Assembly: GCA_035084275.1 (NCBI GenBank)
Contig: CM068767.1
Span: forward strand, 9,610,001-9,674,000
Origin: Hydrolagus colliei
Taxonomy: Eukaryota
Direction of reading: 5' to 3'
Length of the DNA: 64,000 nt
The first letter of the stretch is position 1. Every line of letters starts with the position of its first letter. Made by a program: the position numbers and the translations under genes. This document shows, one piece after another, positions 1-11,029 of the stretch. Below the pieces are notes generated by a model that was not told where the DNA came from, searched no databases, and saw only the letters and a list, made by a program, of their open reading frames with translations.

Positions 1-108
1 GTGTGTGGAGTAAGGAAACTTGCCCAAAGTTTCGCCCTGATCTGCCTGGATTCGAACACAGATCTCACGCTTGTAAGGCGAGCGCTCTAACCACTGTGCT
101 ACAGGTCC
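1..108 (-). mobile_element. tRNA-derived Deu-type SINE, 5' head (truncated by window edge)
   Basis: Reverse complement reads CCTGTAGCACAGTGGTTAGAGCGCTCGCCTTACAAGCGTGAGATCTGTGTTCGAATCCAGG (A and B boxes), the same head as the many other copies in the window. Confidence 0.85.
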
Positions 109-552
109 TTGATATATTATCTCATCTAAAGGATAACATGTCTGGTAAAGCAGCCCCCCCACCCCCACCCCCTTCAGTACAGCACTGACTGTCACCACTT
201 TGTCACAATGGCTTACACAGTCACCATGTCACACCTTTGAGCTCCTAGTCTCAGTGCAGCGCTGGGGGCTGAGCTACATTGAGGTGCCCGGCCTTCGGAT
301 AAGATTTTAAACCGAGGCCTGCACCTGGGCCTGTGCACGAGCACATTAAAGACCCCTGGCACTATTCCAGAAGCATCCAAAGGTGAGGTGGTGTCCTCTC
401 CCAGTGTCCTGGCCAACCATTTCCTTTATTAAATTAATTACTCACTTCCTGATTGTTTGTGGGACATCACATCGCGCAAATTGACATTTGCATTTGCCTA
501 CAAATTACACAGTAACTACACTTCACAGTAAAAACTCAACTGAGAAACTCAT

Positions 553-690
553 TCATAGGAACATAGGAACAGGAGTAGGCCATTCAGTCCCCTGAGCCTG
601 TTCCACCATTCTATTAGATAATGGCTGATCTGTACCTCAACTCCCATGACCTACCTTTGTCCCATATAACTTGATACCCTTACTCCAGTA
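553..690 (-). mobile_element. CR1-type LINE 3' tail fragment
   Basis: cataggaacataggaacaggagtaggccattcag...cctgttccaccattc is the reverse complement of a chondrichthyan CR1-type 3' end with short tandem tail repeats. Confidence 0.65.
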
Positions 691-1172
691 GTTACTCCAG
701 TAGTTACCCCAACACTCTGGGGTCCCCCAAGCCTTGTCTCTTACCAACCTGTGCCTGGTACCCTATTGTATTTGATGACCATCCTGAGTGGGCTTTCGCC
801 TGCAGACAGGGGGCTGTATCCATGTGTACGTGACATTACATAGGTGGAAATATGTCTGGTTGGAGACAGAAGTTCTGACTGATCAAAAAAAACACGATCA
901 AAACAAAAATTCTTCTTCCTTTGCTTGTTTGAGGATGTTACATCTGTTCTGGGCTAAGGGTTTGAAATGGTCGAGTGTCTCTGCATTGCTGCTCCGCGAG
1001 GCTGTGGGACAAGATCTCCTGTAATGACTCCACACTCAGTCATTTCAGCTGCCGCTATTTCTGTTTATTTTCAGGCGACTGCTAAACCAGCCTCAGATTA
1101 TAATGATTAAAGGGTTCGAACTCTCAGCTCTCAATGCTGGGCTTCAATCTATACTGCGGTATCTTTCTCTAA

Positions 1173-1211
<39 letters not shown>

Positions 1212-2502
1212 CCTCCCGAGGCTCATTCAGGTCTTTAATAAGAGCTGGGAGCTATTTCAGTAAAATTATGTCTGTTTCTATTCACAAAACCATCCTGTGT
1301 TGAAGGATCCTGGGGTGTAAGGTGGGGGCTGGGGAATCCGACGGGCTGATTAACATGATTGAGGATCAGTGGATCAGCTTTCCTCTCGCTCACTCGCTCG
1401 CATTATGTTGAGTTTCATGTTCAACAGTCTCCAACCCAGTCTGAGAATTCCATACATGTCTGCCTCCAGCACACGTTTCCCTGAGTCTTTCCCAGCTAGG
1501 ACCACCCTAGGGTTTTGGCAGCCGGTTAACAGGAACTGAATGGGAAGCGTCTGTGCCCGCAGTGACTGGCTTAGACCTCCAAATCCCACCAATGAGCCAG
1601 GCTGGTTGTCCTGTTCTGGGCAGTGCCCTGGAGTTCTGTGGTCCTACCTGGCCACCAGAACCAACGCACAGGAGGGGCTCAGTTCTGACATTTTGTTGCC
1701 AAAAAATGTCACCTCAGATCCATCCAGCTTCAAGGTGCTCACACTTAACCCAGGCTTAGATAGGCACCAGTTGTTTCACTAGGAACTCCCTGTCAGGTAA
1801 CACAGCTCAGCATGAATTGTGTGAGAGCTCAGCCACCATCTGCCTGTTACACCCCAGAGACGCATGTCCCTTCTCATTGAGCGCGATGGTTCCATCAGTT
1901 GGATGTGGGAAGCTTGAGCAGCAGCCACCTACCTCTCTTGCATGTCTCGCATACACATTTGATGCCAAAAACATCAACCCAACCCAAAGCGCTCGACAGA
2001 GAACTACAGTATTGCAGAGCAGTGACATGTTATTGGTAAACAAACCCCTCCACCCACAAGGCACAAGGTCCCGTAAACAATCGTGAGCTCAACAACCAAT
2101 TTAGTTTGATGAGTAATAGAGCGCAGAAGGGTGAGTGAATGTGTGGGTGGAGGAAAGGCAAACTGAAGATTAACAATTGCAGGGTTCTGGGAAAGCAATG
2201 ATTATTGGAGGTGGAGACTGTCTGCATTGTGGCCAGACAGAGGGAGGAAATACATGTAAGATCTATCTCACTCAATTTATCTCTCTCTCTCGCTCCCTCG
2301 TTCACTCTGGGTCCGGACAATGTGGAAGCAATAAATTCAGCGTTCATGTCCGCAGACATTTCCTGTAGACCCACCTGAAGATCAGCCTGTTCCAGCCTGT
2401 ATGAGGAGACCATAGCAAGGCCTGCCTTATGGGGCTGGCACATGGACTGCCAGTGTGAGCTGCCATTGTTAAACCACCGTGTGGATCAAGTACGTGGATC
2501 AT

Positions 2503-2833
2503 GGAGTCCTGTAGCTCAGTGGTTAGAGCACTCGCCTTACAAGCATGAGACCTGTGTTCAAATCCAGGTAGGTCAGGGTGAAAACTTGGGCAAGTTTCCT
2601 CACACCACACACACGCCTAATAACAATCCCTCCAGAAAAAACACACTAATAAAATTGGTCGTTTCAATCCACGGCTGTTTGTGGGGGACGCTGCTGTGCG
2701 CAATTGGCTGTCGCGTTTCACTCACAAATATACAGTCAAATCACTTTACAGTATATTCTGTGAAGCACTTTGAGACGTCTAGAAGACATGTAAAGCGCTA
2801 TATCAAAATGCAAGGATTATTATTATTATTATT
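2503..2833 (+). mobile_element. Full-length tRNA-head / Deu-domain / L2-tail SINE
   Basis: Head GGAGTCCTGTAGCTCAGTGGTTAGAGCA...GTTCAAATCC; core TGTTTGTGGGG-ACGCTGCTGTGCGCAATTGGCTG (Deu-like); tail GTGAAGCACTTTGAGACGTC...AAGCGCTATATCAAAATGCAAGG(ATT)n. Dozens of full or partial copies occur across the window. Confidence 0.85.
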
Positions 2834-3745
2834 AAGTTGCTGTGGCAGACCCTTGTTAGTTGCCAGTTTGCCGAGTCGATGATTCTGTAGAAAATGCCGT
2901 GAGATCCACCGCTCTCCGCTCTCTCTGTTTCCTCTCGGACCCTGTGTCCACGATCACAGTTGTGATCTACTTTGCTGACGCTTGAAAGATTCACTGTTAA
3001 AGCGAACTTTTTAAAGGGAGAGCTTTGCCTAGCTCATCCATTGTGACTGGCTTTACATCAGCAATATTGGTCATTTACCTCACCAGCTGTTTTGTGGGAC
3101 ATTGCTGTGTGCAAATTGGCTCCTGGGTTGACTATAAATGTATAGTCACTACATTTTCATTATTATTATTATTATTTACAGAGAATCCTATGAAGTGCTT
3201 TGAGGCAAAGAGGAAAAGCGCTACCTCAATGACAAAGATTATTATTTTCAATTACCAATAAAATAAATAAAGCTAATAAAAACAAAGTGGATCTTACAAT
3301 AAACAGTGTCTGAGTCCAGTGGCCAATAAACACTCTCAGCTCAAAGCAGACGTGCTTATGTCTAAACAATTGGTTATCAGTGATTCACCCTAATTATCTT
3401 GCAGTCGACTCGATCATCCAATAAATTGCATCAACTCTAACCGAGCAACGGAGACAACAGCCACAGGGATTATTGATCACAGAGAGTGCCAGAGATTGAG
3501 GCCTCACACCACATCACCACTGGCCACTAAAACTCCTTCCCTCCCAGCATTGGTCATGGGCAATTCCCTGCCTGACCATGAGCTCAACCCACTGAGCCTT
3601 TGACTGAGCCATGGGCTAGGAGTGAGAGTGAGAGTGACTGAGCCACAGGCTGGGAGTGAGGGTGAGAGTGACTGAGTGAGAGTGTGAGTGATAGAGCCAC
3701 GGGCGAGTGATTGGCCACTGGGGGAAGCTGGGGTCTTGCACTGAC

Positions 3746-3815
3746 CTGTCTGCAGGGCCTGACACTGCTGTGTGAAGGCGTCGATCCTCTTGTCAGAGCT
3801 AACAGCAGCCGCCAT
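3746..3815 (-). CDS. Putative first coding exon (MAAAVSSDKRIDAFTQQCQALQT-G) of a gene running off the left end; possibly kazrin by synteny with PRDM2
   Basis: GC-rich context, strong Kozak gcgATGG, phase-1 donor CAG|gtcagt. Identity is inferred only from KAZN lying downstream of PRDM2 in the same orientation in mammals. Confidence 0.4.
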
Positions 3816-4453
3816 CGCTGGCCGCCCCCCCACTAGGCTCTCGCTGTTTGGACGCAGAGTCCCTCGAGCTGAGTAAGTGCTGCCCTGAGTCTCTGCCGCA
3901 GCCCAGGGACCTTTCACACCATTCACTTCCAGGCTCTGTGTTCAGATCAGCCCAGCAGCCAGACTGAGCCAGGAACCTGCTTTGCTGTCAACACAATTCG
4001 GCTGCTCTCAGCCAGCTGGGCTGCCACTGTCTCTCATCAATACACTGACTGGCTGTGCCTCCTGCAAATCACACCGCAGGTCACTGCTGACGCTCTCGCA
4101 CACCCCCACTCACTCACACAGCCCCTCCCTCACACACAGTGAGTGAAACAGCTTATTAAATCCCCAAATTCCCACTGGAACCTGGCTTGTTTCCTCACTC
4201 ACTAATTATCCCCAATCCTCAGACAGGAGGGTGCCAATGTACCTTGGGCATTCACAAGATATGTCCAGCCATACTCACTCACATCCATTGACAGTCACAC
4301 ACATCCACACTCACTGACACACACACACACACACACAGTTACACTCACTCACACCCACACTCAGACATCACACATATGCTCAGTTACACTCACTCGCTCC
4401 CACACTCTGGCCCTGGGGCCCAACCTGCCTTTATTTCTTCTCTCTAGAGGGCC

Positions 4454-4758
4454 TTATTCAGCGCATTGAAACCACGAATGAGCAAGAATATCTTTGATGG
4501 TGCAAGGGGAAGGTGGGGGGAGATGACAATTGGAGATGCTGTGGACAGACCAGGCAACCTGGCTCATTAGCAGGACATTGGAAGAGCAGACTGGTCCCTG
4601 AAGGCAGTCACTCTTCCTACTTGGCTCTCCCAAGCCAAAGGCCTGATGGGTGTTCCAAGCTGGAAAGCAGTGCTCGAACGCATATCTGCCCTTGTGGTAC
4701 AGACCTCCAGGGAGTCCCTGGTATACATCAAGCTTGGAGAGGTCATTGTCATTGAAAG
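4454..4758 (-). pseudogene. Partial duplicate of the TSSK-like kinase 3' end
   Basis: 4730-4758 is identical to the FNDNDLSKL-coding segment of the intact gene (~5509-5537); 4454-4504 encodes CTIKDILAHSWFQCAE* versus CTINSVLAHPWFQCAEQSV*; unrelated sequence lies in between. Confidence 0.8.
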
Positions 4759-4759
4759 T

Positions 4760-4869
4760 CTACATATGGCAATGACCATATATGGTATCTCCCTGTATGG
4801 GCCGGTGGCTGCCATATATGGTCATTGCCAAATATGTCGTTTGCCAAGACAAACAGTTACCATATATGG
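4760..4869. promoter_or_regulatory. Second CArG-box cluster
   Basis: CCATATATGG at 4776, 4812 and 4860 plus near-matches at 4760, 4791 and 4828. Confidence 0.65.
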
Positions 4870-4871
4870 AC

Positions 4872-5080
4872 CATGGTATCCCCCGATTTACATTTACACA
4901 ATTTTTAACACCTATTTATCGATATATGACATTTGGTTTCATTTAACGACAAACAAATTTGGTGCATCATTTTAGCGCATGTATATATACCGGTAAAATA
5001 TAGTGTAAATACCGGTTTACGATGTTTCGATTTACGTGGCTTTTTTGAATGCAACCCTGTCGTAAATTGGGGGATACCTG
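4872..5080. mobile_element. Tigger/pogo-like MITE (~210 bp)
   Basis: TIRs GGTATCCCCCGATTTAC (4875-4891) and GTAAATTGGGGGATACC(TG) (5062-5080), followed by TA. Confidence 0.7.
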
Positions 5081-5189
5081 TACACTTTTCGTGCCCGTAA
5101 AGTTCACACCCCTCCACCCCACTCGGTTCCCTCGTTCCTCCACGGTTAGGATGGTCTTTTTGTGAAAGATGGAAAAACTGAACGCAAAA

Positions 5190-5255
5190 TGGGCCCCACG
5201 GCTGGAGAAGCCTGAATCCCTGAGGAATCCAGGCCTCTCCAGGCCATGAGGCCCA
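5190..5255 (-). other. ~31-bp RNA hairpin in the kinase 3' region
   Basis: Minus strand TGGGCCTCATGGCCTGGAGAGGCCTGGATTCC-TCA-GGGATTCAGGCTTCTCCAGCCGTGGGGCCCA pairs with five G.U pairs and one bulge. Confidence 0.7.
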
Positions 5256-5279
5256 ATTGTAAATGGAGAATCACCTAAA

Positions 5280-5332
5280 AGCAGAATAGGCCCCAGGGTT
5301 TGGCTGGACCAAGCCCTGGGGCCTATTCTGCT
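5280..5332 (-). other. 24-bp hairpin 10 nt after the kinase stop codon
   Basis: AGCAGAATAGGCCCCAGGGCTTGG-TCCAG-CCAAACCCTGGGGCCTATTCTGCT, 23 of 24 positions paired. Confidence 0.8.
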
Positions 5333-5342
5333 ATTAATTCTT

Positions 5343-6140
5343 TCAAACGCTTTGTTCAGCACATTGGAACCACGGATGGGCAAGAACACTATTTATGGTG
5401 CACCGTTCCGCTGGCTCCTTCTTTATCATTTTAGAGATGAGATTTTGGCAACACGTTGAGAGACAAGGTGTTGAAGGAAACTTTAAAGCTTGTGCTTGTA
5501 ACTTGACAAGCTTGGAGAGGTCATTGTCATTGAAAGGCATGCAACCTGTGACCATCAGGTATAGGATGATGCCCAGGCTCCAGATGTCAGCCTTAAAGGG
5601 ATTGTAGACCTCACCATTGAGGATCTCCGGGGCAGCATATGCAGGAGAACCACAGAATGTTGACGAACTGCAATCGTCAGAGCAAGCGAAACCAAAGTCC
5701 GAGAGTTTTGGACAATTTTCATTGATCAGGAGGATATTTTCACATTTCAAGTCTCTGTGAGCGATGCCGAGTTCGTGGCAATATTTCAGGGCCTCAGTAA
5801 TTTGCTTAAAGATCTGCCGGGCAACCCTTTCTGACAGGTGATGTTTGGAATTGACTAATTCGTACAGATCTAATTTGGCCTCCTCCATAACAATGAGCAA
5901 GGTGTCCTGAGATGCAAAAATCTCATGAACCTTGACAATATTGGGGTGATAACACCGAGTTAGTGTTTTGATTTCACGCTTGAGGAACTTGTTGATGTAG
6001 CTCTTTGATAATTTTGATTTATCAATGACTTTTATGGCAACTGACTTGCCAAGTTTGGGAGAGAACGCTTTCCTCACAACAGAGTACGTGCCTTCGCCAA
6101 GCACCTCACCAAGTTGATAACCCAATACGGTAAGGTCCAT
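5343..6140 (-). CDS. TSSK6: Intronless testis-specific serine/threonine kinase, TSSK6-like (265 aa)
   Basis: Complete kinase domain: GEGTYS, VAIK, HRDLKCEN (TSSK signature), DFG, TFCGSPAYAAPE, MVTGCMPF. Kinase-only length and the IVME..DL / MVTGCMPF motifs resemble TSSK6. Orthology is not established. Confidence 0.85.
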   Translation of the reverse strand: MDLTVLGYQLGEVLGEGTYSVVRKAFSPKLGKSVAIKVIDKSKLSKSYINKFLKREIKTLTRCYHPNIVKVHEIFASQDTLLIVMEEAKLDLYELVNSKHHLSERVARQIFKQITEALKYCHELGIAHRDLKCENILLINENCPKLSDFGFACSDDCSSSTFCGSPAYAAPEILNGEVYNPFKADIWSLGIILYLMVTGCMPFNDNDLSKLVKLQAQALKFPSTPCLSTCCQNLISKMIKKEPAERCTINSVLAHPWFQCAEQSV

Positions 6141-6170
6141 TTTAAAAGCAGCGAGGGAGCAGCAACTTGC

Positions 6171-6210
6171 ACTGAGCCCTCGGGCCGGAGGCTTTATATT
6201 TATAAAGCCT
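6171..6210 (-). promoter_or_regulatory. Core promoter: TATA box and initiator
   Basis: Minus-strand TATAAATATAAAG starts at 6204; Inr TCAGT has its A at 6173 (31-nt spacing); ATG follows 33 nt later. The TATA lies within the palindrome AGGCTTTATA-TT-TATAAAGCCT (6189-6210). Confidence 0.7.
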
Positions 6211-6527
6211 TTTATGGAACAGGCCGTCCTGTGCCCGGCACACTCTGTACTATAACCAAATATGGTAGTGTTTTAGTACGGGACGTCCCGTGATCATCAT
6301 TTGACCAAATATGGTCAAAATCTACATCCAAATATGGTGGTTCCAAGGTCAAAAGGCCATATTTGGTGGTGCTGACCAGGCCATTTATGGGGATTGCTAT
6401 ATTTGGCAATTATCATATCTGTCCATGCCATATATGGGAATGTCCATATATGGCAGCCTGAAAAGGGCGGGGGAGGGCATTGCCATATTTGGTAGTTTTT
6501 GTGACCAGGCCAGTTTGCCATATTTGG
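6208..6527. promoter_or_regulatory. Array of ten perfect CArG boxes CC(A/T)6GG
   Basis: Perfect boxes at 6208, 6256, 6305, 6328, 6357, 6381, 6428, 6444, 6483 and 6518; near-matches at 6397 and 6534. Confidence 0.8.
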
Positions 6528-6664
6528 GAATGTCCATATTTCTCTAATTAATTGAATGGCCTGTGGCAGCTTGTTGACATTTTGATAGAGGCAGGTCCAT
6601 GTAAAACATTTTACCAGGATTCCAGTGACAGATAGTTTTTCTTTGTTCCTCCACCTTCCATCCC

Positions 6665-6961
6665 GAGTCCTGTAGCTGGTTAGAGCATTTGCCTTACAAG
6701 TGAGAGACCTGGGTTCAATTCCATGCAGGGAATTGCCTGACTCCACAAGCCTGATAATGATAATGATAATCCCTCAAAATAAACAATAATAAATTGATCA
6801 TTTTAACCCACGACTGTTTGTGGGTCACTGCTATGCACAATTGCTATGCATTTCGCACACATAAAGTGTCAATTCACTTTACAGTATAGACTGTGAAGCA
6901 CTTTGAGACACAATCTAGAAGATATGAAAAGTGCTATATCAAATGCAAAGATTATTATTAT
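6665..6961 (+). mobile_element. Deu-type SINE (degenerate)
   Basis: tRNA head, Deu core and (ATT)n tail as in 2503-2833. Confidence 0.75.
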
Positions 6962-8584
6962 CTTCATTTTGTGCTTCAAGACCTTCCTATTCAAAATTGC
7001 CTACGGTGAATTGCCCATCCTCCGACTTGGAGTCTCACAGTCTGGAACTGTGGGACTCTACCCTGCGTTGGTATCGTTGACAGGAGCTGCTCACGGCAAT
7101 GGTGACAACATGCGAAAGATTCTTGTGTTTGAGCAATCTGTGAAGAATGACCTTACTTAACACGGACTATACCAACACTCAGCGTCACATTGACACATCA
7201 TACAAGAGATACAAGAGATACTCTGGAAAGTGCCCCGGTACAAAGTCAACCTCATCCCAATAGCTCAGAGCCAAGGTTCATCTCCCTTCCCCCCACACCC
7301 CAGCTCCCCCTCAAGGATAGCTTCCAATCTGTCACAACCTTGCTAGAGGTGATTAAAGCCCTCAAAATGACTGGATGCCTTCAGAATGGAGGAGATATCT
7401 ATATAGTTTTATACCATAGACCCTATCATCTACAACCGAGTGTTTAATAAAGTCTGATGTGGGGAGGGCTCAGATGATTGATTGTGCTGCAGTGTTTGTG
7501 AGGTCATTGCTGGGCACCTACAGCTCAAAGGCGACATCTGGTGTTGAGGTTATGAAGTACACGTATTATCTCAGACCACAAACCACAAACAGCCGTGGAT
7601 TGAATGACCAAATTATTCTTTTTTATATTACCCCTATGGAGTCCTGTAGTTCATTGGTTAGAGTACCCATCTTGAAGAGAGACCTGGGTTCGATTCCAGG
7701 CAGGGTGAAACCTTCGGCAAGTTTCCTTACTCCACACGACTGATAATTATCCTGTTTCGCCCCGTCCGGGAATCAATCCCAGGTCCTAACGCTTATGAGC
7801 TAATTGATCTACAACAACAAGAACAACAAAATTACATTGGTACAGCACCATTCACATCAGCTACAAGACTCCTAAGTTTTTAGGCACTGTTTGGAAAGAG
7901 CCAAGGCTTGGGGAATCCAGAGTGTGTACGTTGGGGGAACTGCTGGAGTCTAACCAGTTAAAATCACACAGCCCTCGTTTGTTTCGATGCTGATCTTGTT
8001 CCTCAATCTCCTGGCCTGGGATCAACGATGGAGAGTGGCACGAGATCCAACTCCACTAGCTGGTCAGGGCTGCTGAGCCTGGCAGATCATCATAGAACAG
8101 TGTGACGGCATTAAGATATTCTTTGTTGCTTCTGGAGTATGCTCAGGTTTAAGGCAGCACTTTAATTTTCCACTCTGCTGCTTATTTAGTCAGACACCGA
8201 CTGGCAGCTGAGTGCGTCTCTGGACCTATTAATGGTTTGTCACTCAGGCGGTGGGCTCCAGCTGGGAGCCTCTGCCTCATCTGTCCTTTCATCTTCTTTA
8301 GGACACGGAGGGCAGCAAGACTTTCTGCCCTTTTATTAGTTCAGGGCAAACCTTTTAATCCTATTTCCCTACCAATTCTCCATATTCTTCTGTCTTCCCC
8401 CATGTCTTTATTTATTTCTAAACGTTCCATCTATTCTGCTTTTAGATTTCTCTTCCGAGACACAGCATTTCACTCCAACAGTTTTCCCATCTGGGATCCC
8501 CAAGGCTTGGTTCTTACCAACCTGCGCCTAATACTCTCTGGAATCACTCTCCAGAATTAGGTAAACAGGATGCATGCCCCCAGG

Positions 8585-8628
<44 letters not shown>

Positions 8629-9975
8629 ATTTCATTCCAATAAATATCTCAGAAATTATCATGTGTAGGTGGCATGCACAGAACTCCGGTTTGGATACTC
8701 TGAAGCATCAGAGATGGGTTTCCACTTGTGTCAGGTCTCTGGCTGACCAAAAGAACATTAACCTCTGGAACTCCCTCCCTCTACCACCCTCCCTGACTTC
8801 AGGTCACACTTCAACATATTAGAATGCATCTATGGCCATCTCCCTTCTCTCAGCCTCCAACCATGCTCCGAGACATACCCTACATGAAGGGAACTGCAAG
8901 TTTCTGTACGTATCCAACCAGAACCATCTCCCCATAAGTGCCTCAAGGGGTTGAGAACACGTCTGTATATCTTACATGGCACTTTGCTTAACCCACGAAT
9001 ATTACCTTGGGTTACTGCGCCCGAGGTCACTTCTGCTCCAAGGCGTTTGCTCCCCTAGGTACCACCTAGATCATAATAACAATAATAATCCTTGCATTTG
9101 AAATAGGCATGCCTTTTAGATGTCTCAAAATGCTTCAGAGTATACTGTAAAGTGAATTGACTGTATATTTGTGGGTGAAACGCAGCAGCCAATTGCTCAC
9201 AGCAGCTTCCCACAAACAGTCGTGGATTGAGTGACCAAATTATTAAAGCGATCCACCAAATCACTTAACATTTGGTTCCTACTTACTGGTTCCTACTTAC
9301 TGATGGACGAACAGAGGCGTGTGAAATAAGTAAACTCCCCAACATTTCGTCCTGCCAGGGAATGGAACCCAGGTCCTCTTGCTTGCAAGTCAAGTGCTCT
9401 AACCACTGAGCTACAGGACTCCACAATGTCACACATTTGTGTCACAAACGCACAAGTTTCTGCTCCCAAGCTCTGGGGTTTTTGATGCATAAATGGGAGC
9501 AAACAGCTCAGGCTATCGACTAACTAGACAGTAAAGTTCACTGAGTGTTGAGAAAACTCACAGCTCAGCCTTCATTACCTGGCTGTGGGATTGCCATGTC
9601 GCTTATAATGATTAACAAAGAGGGAACAAAGGTGATAGTGGGGATACGGAGACTGAAATCCATGAGAGATGCCGGCAGCTGATTACTGAAGATTAACGCA
9701 ATGTATTTTCAAACACGGAACAATGAACACTTGAAACTAATCAGAACACACCATGCAAACTATCAAATAACTAAGCAAACAAACTTTGGGTTGTTTCAGA
9801 CCTATTCAAACTTGGGAGGTTAAATACTCAAACTGCCCAGCTTTAGGCTTTGCTTGGCCAGGAGAGCAGCTTTGGGAAAGTCACCTTTGGATCCCAGCTG
9901 GAATCCAGCCACAACCGACAGGAGGAAGCTGTCGTGTCTTAAGTGAGAGGCCACTGTCCCAGACATGAATCCGTA

Positions 9976-10221
9976 GCAAAAATATGCCACAGAAAAACAG
10001 AGAGAGCTGGGAACACTCAGCAGGTCAGACAGCATCTGTGGAGAAAGGAAAGTGAGTCAACTTTTCAGGTCCACGACCCTTCGTCAGAACAGAACGAAGA
10101 AGGGTCATGGACCCGAAACGTTGACTAACTTTTCCTTTCTCCATAGATGCTGCCTGACCTGCTGAGTGGTCCCAGCTCTCTCTGTTTTTATTTCAGATTT
10201 CCAGCATCAGCAGTATTTTGC
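9976..10221. mobile_element. Palindromic Penelope-derived element with two inverted minimal hammerhead motifs
   Basis: ~95-bp arms (9993-10087 versus 10096-10189) are reverse complements. Minus arm reads CTGACGA-A-GGGTC-GTG-GACCT-GAAA; plus arm reads CGAAGA-A-GGGTC-ATG-GACCC-GAAACGTT. Confidence 0.7.
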
Positions 10222-11029
10222 AAAAATATACAGGAGTAAATTGCTATTCTCTTGGGACAACTGTTTTTGTGGGAAATTAAATGGACACACAAATACCAGT
10301 TGTGAGGGCTTATCTGAGACTGGAGTTGATACCCTGGATGAGTAAATATCTACGCCATGCTGTGGCACTGCTGGCGCTGGGACTAACCTGTCATCGTAAA
10401 GCAAAGGCACTATATAAATACGTGGTTCTATTCCCTTCCTCCGTCTGAAAGGCAGCACTAACGCAAAGATGGCTGCCCTACAATACGCCCAGAGGTGAGA
10501 GTATTGCCTCTGTCCCAGCACTAAATCCCATCTCCTCCCCTTCCCTCTCCCCCTGGCTCGGGGACAGACTCTGCCACTGTCAAGCTCTCCAGCATGTTAC
10601 TCCACATGAAGGGAACTATGTAAATATTGTATATTGCTGAGGCTGTCAAGCCCAGGAAAAATAATAATAACCTTTACATTTGATATTGCGCCTTATCACG
10701 TCTTCTAGATGTCTCAAAGTGCTTCACAGAATATACTGTAAAGTGAATTTATTGTACATTTTTGGGATGAAACGTGGCAGCCAATTGCGCAACCAATAAA
10801 TGGTGAAGGTCAGTCCTGATTTATAATGTGTAACCTTTCCCAATCAATACAGATCAAGCCAATGACTTACACAGCAGACCGGTTACTGAAACATTTCTAC
10901 ACATTTATTCTCACATCCCCAAAATTAAAATAAACCAAAAAACTGAAAATTAACAATGCAATAAAGGAATCACATACATCAGACAGCGCTGCCTGAGAAG
11001 ACGATTTAAATAATTTTAAATATATCCTA

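Noticed and set aside
2503-2575. tRNA-like sequences (TAC/TGC anticodon-like loop) at SINE heads
   Set aside because: No proper acceptor stem, and each runs into the Deu core and L2 tail; these are SINE heads, not tRNA genes.
2442-2882. Recurrent short ORFs ending in ...KRYIKCKDYY / MQGLLLL
   Set aside because: Translations of SINE copies.
4967-5389. 140-aa ORF overlapping the kinase end
   Set aside because: Runs through hairpins and a MITE; no recognisable protein motifs.
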